From Candidatus Omnitrophota bacterium (GTDB lineage Bacteria > Omnitrophota > Gorgyraeia > Gygaellales > Profunditerraquicolaceae), in the NCBI GenBank assembly GCA_041649115.1, contig JBAZNT010000011.1, forward strand, positions 1 to 49,845: 49,845 nt of DNA, written 5' to 3'. The notes beneath the pieces are model-generated. The model did no database searches. It was not told where the DNA came from and was given only the letters and a program-made list of their open reading frames with translations. A program made the position numbers and the translations under genes. The number at the start of each line of letters is the position of its first letter. Position 1 is the first letter of the stretch. Shown one piece after another: positions 24,350-32,176 of this stretch.

Positions 24350-24793
24350 ATGGCTGACATAAAGAAAGAGCTCGTAAAAAAGTTAAATCAGGCGTTGGAA
24401 TTGGAGCACGCTGCCAGGATCCAGTATCTTGCACACGCAGAGCTGATCAAGGGTTTGGGGGGAGAGAAGATAATCGAGAGACTAAAAGAGCTTGCTGCCG
24501 ATGAGACCAGGCACCAGGAGCAGTTTCGTAATCTTATTGCGAGTTATCTCGGAGGAGAGCCGAGCATGGGCCTGGCCCAGACCCATAAAGCAACCGAAAC
24601 CAAAGGTATCCTTGAGGTCAATCTTGGCAACGAAAAAGATGCCATCGATTTTTACAAGGAGATTTACAAGCAGGTGATAGAGAACAAAGAGAGCCTTCAG
24701 TATGAGTTTGAGACCCTGGAGCACGAGATACGCCACGTGATTATTGATGAGCAGGAGCATGTAACGGAACTTTCGCTGCTTCTCGGAAAATAG
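24350..24793 (+). CDS. Ferritin-like diiron protein (bacterioferritin/rubrerythrin-like, no rubredoxin domain)
   Basis: AGGAG SD before ATG 24350; E..E..H ligand pattern LELE / DETRH / GNEKDA / DEQEH. Confidence 0.85.
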   Translation: MADIKKELVKKLNQALELEHAARIQYLAHAELIKGLGGEKIIERLKELAADETRHQEQFRNLIASYLGGEPSMGLAQTHKATETKGILEVNLGNEKDAIDFYKEIYKQVIENKESLQYEFETLEHEIRHVIIDEQEHVTELSLLLGK

Positions 24794-24815
24794 TCTTTGC
24801 GAAAAGGGGGTTATA

Positions 24816-25211
24816 ATGGCAGAACTCAAAGAATTGTTTCAAAGCGCCGATTGGAAGGCGGAGAAGCACGTTCCCGTAATCGAGGCCCCGGATAAGGTCA
24901 AGAAAGGGGAGTTTTTTAGGGTTGTCGCCGCAATCGGGAAGCAGATTGCGCACCCCAATAAGACCGAACACCACATCAGCTGGATAGAGGTATATTTCCT
25001 TCCCGAAGGGGAAAAATTCCCCTATCAGATAGGGAGGGTTGAATTTTTAGCTCACGGCGCCTCGGTACAGGGGCCGGATACCAGCTCGGTCTACACCCAC
25101 CATGAGGTAGCGTTGAGCTTTAAAACCGACAAGTCCGGCGTTATTTACGCCTCCAGCTACTGTAACATACACGGCCTATGGCAGAACAGCAAGGAATTGA
25201 AGGTAGAATAG
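24816..25211 (+). CDS. Superoxide reductase (single-iron, neelaredoxin type)
   Basis: EKHVP, HP, EHHISWI and CNIHGLW active-site motifs, with no N-terminal desulforedoxin domain. Confidence 0.93.
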   Translation: MAELKELFQSADWKAEKHVPVIEAPDKVKKGEFFRVVAAIGKQIAHPNKTEHHISWIEVYFLPEGEKFPYQIGRVEFLAHGASVQGPDTSSVYTHHEVALSFKTDKSGVIYASSYCNIHGLWQNSKELKVE

Positions 25212-25233
25212 GCGCGATAAAAAGAAGGATGGG

Positions 25234-25388
25234 ATGGCAAAATTAAAAAAAGGACAGAAACTGACCTGTTCCCCTGCGGCAGGCAGGTTATCGTTGATGC
25301 CTGCGGCATCTCGTCAAGGACTATTTGGTGTTGCGGCAAGCCGATGAAGCCGAAATCCAAATCAAAATCTTCTTCCCGCAAGAATTAA
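25234..25388 (+). pseudogene. Frameshifted small desulforedoxin-like metal-binding protein
   Basis: MAKLKKGQKLTC in frame 0 continues as PCGRQVIVDACGISSRTIWCCGKPMKPK...* in the -1 frame. Only 5 nt (TCCCC, 25270-25274) separate the two Cys codons. Confidence 0.75.
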
Positions 25389-25469
25389 TAATAGAGAATC
25401 TGTAGTCATAACCAGAGGTGGTTGTTACGCTGAGGTTAGGTTTATGTTTTTAAGCAGAGGAGTAACGCC

Positions 25470-25658
25470 GTGAAGGTTTCTGTTGATGCCGGTGCAGGCA
25501 TCGGATGCGGCTTATGCGCACGGGCATGCCCCGAGGTATTCAAGATGGAGGCCGATAGGAAAGTCAGCTATAAGGATTCTGTTACCGGCGTCTTGAAGAA
25601 TGCGGTAAAGGATGTTGCCCTGCAGCGCCCGCTTAACGCCATAGAGTTAGAGGAATAA
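25470..25658 (+). CDS. Degenerate single-cluster ferredoxin
   Basis: GTG start with AGGAG SD. MKVSVD...GIGCGLC...CPEVF...QRPLNAI, with expected ligand Cys10 replaced by Gly (GGC) and Cys53 by Arg (CGC). Confidence 0.7.
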   Translation: MKVSVDAGAGIGCGLCARACPEVFKMEADRKVSYKDSVTGVLKNAVKDVALQRPLNAIELEE

Positions 25659-25679
25659 GCCAAGATACGGTAATGAGAG

Positions 25680-26804
25680 ATGCGTAAGATCATCAGAAAA
25701 ACCTGGATTTATCCCGTCCTCGTCATTGCCTTGATAGGCATCTGCTATCAGGCCTGGCTAAACCACGCCGATTTTGAGAGGACCATGGTTGGCGAGGCCC
25801 AGGCGCAGCTTCTGATTATCGCAAAATCCGAAGCCCAGAGCATTGAAAAATACATCGGCAACATCAACCAGGAACTGGAGATACTCTCCTCGGAGTTTGC
25901 CGTTCATCAGATGCTCACCGGCAGATACGGCAGGGATGAATGGAAGAAATACCGGCAATACCTGGAAGGGTCTTATAAGGACGTTGAGGAACTTGTGGAT
26001 TCGCTCTATCTGGTTAACGCTAACGGCACGGTGGTGGACGTCGACCCCTTAAATGAAGAGGCGATAGGAAGGGATTTCTCGGGGGAGCCTGCGCTAAAAC
26101 GCGCGATGCAGGAGGGCCGTCCATACACCAGCAGTGTTTTTAGGCTGGCCTCCGGGGAACTGGCGATAGCCGACCTTTATCCAGTCATTGAGGAGGGCAA
26201 GGTTATCGGATTGCTGCGCGCCGATATTCTGGTAAGCAGGATAAATAATCTCCTCGGGCATCTTAACCAGGGGCAGGAACGCCGAGCCTTTATGATAGAT
26301 AACGAAAAGACCTTGCTTGGTTACCGCGAGAGCAGTTATTTAGGCAAGGGCGTCGGGGTTATCATTAATGATGCCCCGGCAGAGGAGACGCGGCGGCGCT
26401 CAGAGCGTATCATTGAAAGGATGCTCGCCGCAGAGGAAGGTACGGATATGCTTCTCCTTCCTGCCGGCGACAAGGCAGCCGGGGTCAAAAGGATATTGAT
26501 TGCCTTTGCCCCGGTCAATATCGGCTCGCACACCTGGTCAATCGCGCTGATGATGGATTACCGTTTGATCTCAGGGCCTATCAGCAGGAATGCGCTGGAC
26601 AACCTTGTTTTCAGCGGATTGATATTGCTGATTTTGGTCATACTGGGGGTGTCTTTATACAGGATCCGCAAGAAAGAGGACGAGTCTGCATTATCAGAGG
26701 CGGCGCTGAATATAATCAACAGGCAGCTGCACCTGGAGATAGACGAACGCAGAAAAATAGAGGAAGAATTACTTAAGTCCTTACGTCGCCGCAGGCCGAG
26801 TTAA
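25680..26804 (+). CDS. Membrane sensor with extracytoplasmic dCache-like domain and no output domain
   Basis: TM1, then YLVNANG.VV...DFS...A.QEGRPYTS, a second PAS-like subdomain, TM2 and a coiled coil EIDERRKIEEEL, followed by a stop. Confidence 0.75.
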   Translation: MRKIIRKTWIYPVLVIALIGICYQAWLNHADFERTMVGEAQAQLLIIAKSEAQSIEKYIGNINQELEILSSEFAVHQMLTGRYGRDEWKKYRQYLEGSYKDVEELVDSLYLVNANGTVVDVDPLNEEAIGRDFSGEPALKRAMQEGRPYTSSVFRLASGELAIADLYPVIEEGKVIGLLRADILVSRINNLLGHLNQGQERRAFMIDNEKTLLGYRESSYLGKGVGVIINDAPAEETRRRSERIIERMLAAEEGTDMLLLPAGDKAAGVKRILIAFAPVNIGSHTWSIALMMDYRLISGPISRNALDNLVFSGLILLILVILGVSLYRIRKKEDESALSEAALNIINRQLHLEIDERRKIEEELLKSLRRRRPS

Positions 26805-26820
26805 GAATGGGAGGGAATTT

Positions 26821-29298
26821 ATGAAAGCCCAGGATATCGGGAAGATGAGCGTAGAAGACGCCTTTGGTAGCCTTTCTTCCGGCAGTAAGGGTTTGTCTTC
26901 TGACGAGGCTGCCAGGAGACTCAGCCAATACGGCCATAACGAGATAGTCGAAAAGAAGGCCGACCCTTTTGTTAAATTCCTGAGGTATTTCTGGGGCCCT
27001 ATCCCCTGGATGATAGAGATCGCCGCTATCCTTTCCGGGGTTACCCGCCAGTGGCAGGATTTCTGGATTATCTTTGCGATGCTTCTGGTTAATTCCGTGG
27101 TAGGGTTCTGGCAGGAGCACAAGGCCGACAATGCCATTGAGTTATTAAAGAAGAGGCTGGCGCTTAAGGCGAGGGTGCTGCGTGACGGCTCGTGGTTAGA
27201 TATCCCCGCCAATGAGCTTGTGCCGGGAGACATAATACGCATACGCCTGGGGGATATCGTGCCTGCCGACATCAAGCTTACAGAGGGGCAGTACCTGTTG
27301 GTTGACCAGGCGGCGCTTACCGGAGAATCGCTGCCCGTAGAAAAACACGCCGGGGATATCGCTTATTCCAGTTCAATCGCGCGCCAGGGTGAAATGGACG
27401 CCCTGGTGGTTGCAACCGGCATGAATACCTATTTCGGCAAGACTACCAGGCTTGTTGCCGAGGCCAAAACGCACAGTCATTTCCAGAAGGCAGTGATAAA
27501 GATAGGAGATTACCTTATTGTCCTTGCAGTGGCATTGGTGAGCCTTATTTTTATCGTAGCGCTCTTCCGCCACGAACAGGTACTGAGCATACTCCAATTT
27601 GCATTGATCCTGATAGTCGCCTCCATACCCGTAGCCTTACCTGCGGTGTTGACGGTAACTATGGCGGTAGGGGCAGTGGCGCTTGCCCGCAAGGAAGCAA
27701 TCGTAAGCAAGCTGGTTGCCATTGAAGAAATGGCAGGGGTAGACGTGCTCTGTTGCGACAAGACCGGCACTATTACAAAAAATGAACTTAGCGTCAGGGA
27801 GGTCAGGCCATTCGGAGAATTTAATGAAAAGGATGTCGTCCTGGCAGGAGCCCTTGCATCGCGTCAGGAGGACGAGGACCCCATCGATAACACCATTATT
27901 GCCAGGGCAAATTCGGACAAACAGGTTCTTGTTTCTATCGGGGCATGCAAAGCGGTTGAATTCAGGCCCTTTGACCCGGTAGCAAAGCGCACTGAGGCGA
28001 GCATCGAGGACTCCGGCGGCAGGCGTTTTAAGGTAACCAAAGGAGCGCCGCAGGTAATCCTGTCGCTGGTAGCCGATAAGGAGGTTATCGCGGATAAGGT
28101 TGATAGTTGCGTAAATGAGTTTGCGCAAAAAGGATACCGCAGCCTCGGGGTGGCTAAAAGCGACGATAGCGGGAAATGGCAGTTCGCAGGGCTTGTTGCG
28201 CTTTATGACCCGCCGCGCGAGGATTCGGCCGAGACAATCAAGACGGCCGAGGGGATGGGCTTAGATGTCAAGATGGTCACCGGAGACCACGTTGCAGTTG
28301 CCAGGGAGATTGCCAGGGAGGTTAACCTCGGGACCAACATTATGCCCGCTTCTTCCTTTATGGATAAGTCCGATGCCCAGGCCCAACGCACGCTGGAGGA
28401 AGCCGACGGGTTCGCCCAGGTCTTCCCGGAGCACAAATACAGTATCGTAGAACATCTGCAGAAGATGGGGCATATCGTAGGCATGACCGGAGACGGTGTT
28501 AACGACGCGCCGGCGCTTAAAAAAGCCGACGCCGGCATTGCGGTTGCCGGAGCTACGGATGCGGCAAAGTCGGCAGCCGATATCGTACTCACCAGGCCGG
28601 GTTTATCGGTTATTATCGACGCCATTAAAGAGAGCCGCAAGATATTCAAGCGCATGAACAGTTATACTATCTACCGGATGGCGGAGACCATCAGGGTATT
28701 GTTATTTATGACGCTCTCCATACTTGTCTTTAATTTTTATCCGGTGACGGCGGTAATGATAGTGCTCCTGGCACTCTTAAACGATGTCCCCATCATGATG
28801 ATCGCATACGATAACACCAAGCTTTACCAGGACCCCGTAAGCTGGAATATGCGCAGGGTATTGAGCCTGGCGACCATGCTTGGCGTTATGGGGGTATTTG
28901 CGAGCTTCCTGTTGTTCTGGATAGGAGAACGCGTGATGTTCTTGGACCGCACTACCATCCAGACGCTCATATTCCTTAAGCTTACCGTTGCCGGGCATAT
29001 GACATTGTATTTGGCCAGGACAGGGGAGGAGCCCTTCTGGAGCCGCCCTTATCCTGCGGCAGTCCTTTTCTGGACAGCTGAAATAACCAAGGTTGTGGCT
29101 ACTCTTTTTGCGGTATACGGAGTATTTATGAAACCGATAGGGTGGGGGCTGGCGGGGTTTGTGTGGGGTTACGCCCTCGCATTTTTTGTTATAACCGATT
29201 TTGTAAAGATCAGGTTTGATAGGCTCCTGGACCACGTCGGCATAACTTTTGGCCGCGAGGCCCCAAGGGTTAGGGCTACAAGTGCAGGCAGGACTTAA
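26821..29298 (+). CDS. P-type H+-transporting ATPase (type IIIA)
   Basis: FWGPIPWMIE, DQAALTGES, SIPVALPAV, CDKTGT, KGAPQ, MVTGD, GMTGDGVNDAPAL and IFKRM.SY.IYR. Confidence 0.93.
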   Translation: MKAQDIGKMSVEDAFGSLSSGSKGLSSDEAARRLSQYGHNEIVEKKADPFVKFLRYFWGPIPWMIEIAAILSGVTRQWQDFWIIFAMLLVNSVVGFWQEHKADNAIELLKKRLALKARVLRDGSWLDIPANELVPGDIIRIRLGDIVPADIKLTEGQYLLVDQAALTGESLPVEKHAGDIAYSSSIARQGEMDALVVATGMNTYFGKTTRLVAEAKTHSHFQKAVIKIGDYLIVLAVALVSLIFIVALFRHEQVLSILQFALILIVASIPVALPAVLTVTMAVGAVALARKEAIVSKLVAIEEMAGVDVLCCDKTGTITKNELSVREVRPFGEFNEKDVVLAGALASRQEDEDPIDNTIIARANSDKQVLVSIGACKAVEFRPFDPVAKRTEASIEDSGGRRFKVTKGAPQVILSLVADKEVIADKVDSCVNEFAQKGYRSLGVAKSDDSGKWQFAGLVALYDPPREDSAETIKTAEGMGLDVKMVTGDHVAVAREIAREVNLGTNIMPASSFMDKSDAQAQRTLEEADGFAQVFPEHKYSIVEHLQKMGHIVGMTGDGVNDAPALKKADAGIAVAGATDAAKSAADIVLTRPGLSVIIDAIKESRKIFKRMNSYTIYRMAETIRVLLFMTLSILVFNFYPVTAVMIVLLALLNDVPIMMIAYDNTKLYQDPVSWNMRRVLSLATMLGVMGVFASFLLFWIGERVMFLDRTTIQTLIFLKLTVAGHMTLYLARTGEEPFWSRPYPAAVLFWTAEITKVVATLFAVYGVFMKPIGWGLAGFVWGYALAFFVITDFVKIRFDRLLDHVGITFGREAPRVRATSAGRT

Positions 29299-29312
29299 CC
29301 AGGAAGGATAGC

Positions 29313-30359
29313 ATGTCTCAGGCAAAGATAATTTCTACCATCGGCCCTGCAAGCGCCGGGAGGGTGATATTGGAGGAGATGGCGCTTGCCGGTATGGCTG
29401 TAGCGAGGCTGAATTTTTCGCACGGCGCGCTGGCAGGGCACCGGCTGCGGATAAATGCAATCAGAGGATTAAATAAAAAATACGGCCATAACATAAAGAT
29501 ATTGCAGGACCTTGAGGGCTACAGGATAAGGGTCGGCAGGCTTAAAGGAAGCAGGCCGGTTTTACTAAAGAAAGGCGAGGGCGTATTTTTAACCAACGCC
29601 AGGACAATGGGCAGTAAAGATATGGTTCCTTTTGACTACTGCGGGCCTTTGAAGGATATAAAGCGCGGCAGCTCTGTATATATAGACGACGGCAATATCA
29701 TGCTGCTAGTCAAAAAATCGACCAGGGAATATCTCCAGACCGAGGTAGTCATGCCGGGCCTGCTTAAGGAAAACAAGGGGGTTAATATCCCCGGGGCAGT
29801 CTTAAGCTTTCAGGGGCTTACCGACAAGGACAAGACGGACCTGGACTTCGGCATGGCAGGCGGGGTGGATTTTATAGCGCAGTCCTTTGTAAGGGGAAAA
29901 AACGACATATTGGAGCTCAAGGATTATATCAAGGCCAGCGCCTTCAGGCATAAAATAATAGCGAAGATCGAAAACCGCCAGGGTCTCGATAATATTGATG
30001 AGATTATTGAGGTTGCCGACGGGATTATCGTGGCGCGCGGAGACCTGGGGGTGTCGGTGCCCATATACGAAATCCCCGTACTGCAGAAGATTATTATTAA
30101 TAAGTGTAACCGCCGGGGTAAATTTGTGGTTACCGCGACCCAGATGCTGGAGAGCATGACCGAGCACCCGAGGCCTACGCGCGCGGAGGCAAGCGACGTA
30201 GCCAACGCGGTGCTCGATGGCTCAGATTACCTGATGTTATCTGCCGAGACGGCAGTAGGGAAGTACCCGGTAGAGTCGGTGCGGATGATGCGAGATATCA
30301 TCAGGTTTACGGGAGGTTTTTTAAAGAAAGGCAAAAGGGATTTTACGGGTTATCATTGA
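29313..30359 (+). CDS. pyk: Pyruvate kinase, short form lacking the C-terminal domain
   Basis: KIISTIGPAS, ARLNFSHG, DFIAQSFVR, IIAKIE, ARGDLG, TATQMLESM, PTRAE.SDVANA and MLSAETA.G.YP; 348 aa. Confidence 0.92.
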   Translation: MSQAKIISTIGPASAGRVILEEMALAGMAVARLNFSHGALAGHRLRINAIRGLNKKYGHNIKILQDLEGYRIRVGRLKGSRPVLLKKGEGVFLTNARTMGSKDMVPFDYCGPLKDIKRGSSVYIDDGNIMLLVKKSTREYLQTEVVMPGLLKENKGVNIPGAVLSFQGLTDKDKTDLDFGMAGGVDFIAQSFVRGKNDILELKDYIKASAFRHKIIAKIENRQGLDNIDEIIEVADGIIVARGDLGVSVPIYEIPVLQKIIINKCNRRGKFVVTATQMLESMTEHPRPTRAEASDVANAVLDGSDYLMLSAETAVGKYPVESVRMMRDIIRFTGGFLKKGKRDFTGYH

Positions 30360-30385
30360 CAACCATGCATAAAAAGGAGTAGGGG

Positions 30386-31021
30386 ATGGGATTGATATCA
30401 TTGCTATTCAGCAACCCGCAGCTGTTTATCGTATTGGCGGTGTTGCTTCTTTATTCCGTAATTGCACACGAGGTGGCCCATGGATGGGTGGCGCATCTTT
30501 TTGGGGACGACACCGCCAGGTACTACGGCCGCCTTACTCTTAATCCGCGTTCGCACCTCGACCCTATCGGGACGCTAATGCTTTTTTTGGTGGGGTTCGG
30601 CTGGGCAAGGCCCGTGCCGGTGGATTACTACAGGCTAAGGGGCAGCCGCCTGGCGCTGGTATGCGTTTCTCTGGCAGGGTGCGCCACGAACATCCTGATA
30701 GCCACAGTCGCCCTGTTCTTATTGCAGTTTCGCGCAATAAGTTCCAACTCCGGATTCTATACCGCCCTTTCAATCGTAGTGAGGATAAATATAATCCTGG
30801 GGGCATTTAACCTCATACCCATCCCGCCGCTTGACGGCTCCAGGATCCTGATGGCGTTTCTTCCTGAGGATGCCCAGCAGGGCCTTGCGAGGCTGGAGCC
30901 CTACGGGTTTTTTATCCTGATATTCCTGCTTTTTACGGGGCTGCTTAATCCCGTGATAATCTTTATGCAGAATATAATCTACGGTTTTATAGCGTTTTTG
31001 TTCCACCTGTTTTTTAGGTAA
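30386..31021 (+). CDS. Site-2 protease (M50) family metalloprotease
   Basis: HEVAH, GRLTLNP and [11 protein letters not shown] motifs. Confidence 0.92.
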   Translation: MGLISLLFSNPQLFIVLAVLLLYSVIAHEVAHGWVAHLFGDDTARYYGRLTLNPRSHLDPIGTLMLFLVGFGWARPVPVDYYRLRGSRLALVCVSLAGCATNILIATVALFLLQFRAISSNSGFYTALSIVVRINIILGAFNLIPIPPLDGSRILMAFLPEDAQQGLARLEPYGFFILIFLLFTGLLNPVIIFMQNIIYGFIAFLFHLFFR

Positions 31022-31034
31022 TTCTTAAAAGACC

Positions 31035-31062
31035 TTGACAGCGGGTGATGCTGTAGTATAAA
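31035..31062 (+). promoter_or_regulatory. Probable promoter of the mscS-trehalose operon
   Basis: TTGACA-16 nt-TATAAA. Confidence 0.55.
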
Positions 31063-31120
31063 GAGATTATATGCCTTGCATGCGAGAAATTGAGAAAACC
31101 GTAACCAGGAGAGCTATAAG

Positions 31121-32176
31121 ATGAATTCATGGTTTAATTCACTGCCGGCTAATGCCAGGGACCTGTTTGTCCCCCTTGCGGTATTGGCAGCAACCTTAGT
31201 AATCGGTTATCTATTAAGGTGGGTATTTTTAAGCCGCCTTATGAAGTGGTCCAAAAACACCAAGACCAAGGTCGATGATATCGTTATCGGGGCCCTTAAA
31301 AAACCCTTTATGCTCCTGGTCCTGATATTAGGAGTGTATTTTAGCATGGATTCTTCGAGGTTGCCCCAGGACCTTAACCAGACCGTTGACAGGGTGCTTT
31401 TTGTGCTGGGGGTTTTGATAGTGACGGCGATCCTGGCAAATATCGCCGGCAATCTCATCAGGAGTTATTCGGCTAAACTGCAATCAACCATGCCCATTAC
31501 CTCGCTTACCCAGAACGTAGCGCGCCTTACCATATTTGCCGTCGGAATCCTAATCATTTTAAACAGCCTGGGGATTTCTATTGCGCCGATCCTGGCTACC
31601 CTGGGCGTCGGAGGCCTGGCGGTTGCCCTTGCGCTTCAGGACACCCTGTCCAATCTCTTCTCCGGATTTTACATCATTGCGTCCAAACAGATAAAGGTGG
31701 GGGATTATATAAAATTGGATTCCGGTGATGAGGGGTATGTCGTTGACATTAACTGGCGCAGCACGAAGATCAGGATGTTGCCCAATAACATCATCCTTGT
31801 CCCGAACGAGAAGCTGACCAAGGCCATCATTACGAATTATTACCTGCCGGATAAGGAGATGGCGCTTTTGGTTAATCTGGGTGTTCATTACGACAGCGAC
31901 CTGGAAAAAGTGGAGCGCGTTACCTGCGAGGTTGCCAAAGAGGTTTTAACCGAGGTTACCGGAGGCGCCCCGGAATTTGAGCCGTTCATACGTTACGGTT
32001 CTTTCGGGGATTTCAGCATCAACCTTACCGTGATATTGAGGGTGAAGGAGTTCGTGGACCAGTATCTGGTCAAGCACGAATTCATCAAGAGGCTGCACGA
32101 GCGCTATGCCAGGGAAGGCATAGTTATCCCTTATCCGATAAGGGCAGTAAACTATACGCAGGAGAAGGAGCAATGA
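31121..32176 (+). CDS. mscS: Small-conductance mechanosensitive channel
   Basis: GVGGLAVALALQDTLSNLFSG, I.VGDYI, INWRSTKI and IVIPYP motifs; extra N-terminal TMs. Confidence 0.92.
   Translation: MNSWFNSLPANARDLFVPLAVLAATLVIGYLLRWVFLSRLMKWSKNTKTKVDDIVIGALKKPFMLLVLILGVYFSMDSSRLPQDLNQTVDRVLFVLGVLIVTAILANIAGNLIRSYSAKLQSTMPITSLTQNVARLTIFAVGILIILNSLGISIAPILATLGVGGLAVALALQDTLSNLFSGFYIIASKQIKVGDYIKLDSGDEGYVVDINWRSTKIRMLPNNIILVPNEKLTKAIITNYYLPDKEMALLVNLGVHYDSDLEKVERVTCEVAKEVLTEVTGGAPEFEPFIRYGSFGDFSINLTVILRVKEFVDQYLVKHEFIKRLHERYAREGIVIPYPIRAVNYTQEKEQ

Noticed and set aside
25245-25251. A-AAA-AAA slippery heptamer as a programmed -1 frameshift rescuing the desulforedoxin-like gene
   Set aside because: Shifting there would bypass the first Cys (TGT 25267), destroying the CxxC motif; an indel at 25270-25274 fits better.
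31071-31124. 17-codon leaderless uORF (MPCMREIEKTVTRRAIR) overlapping the mscS start
   Set aside because: It has no distinctive codon content, mscS has its own SD, and ORFs this short arise by chance. It would need Ribo-seq support.
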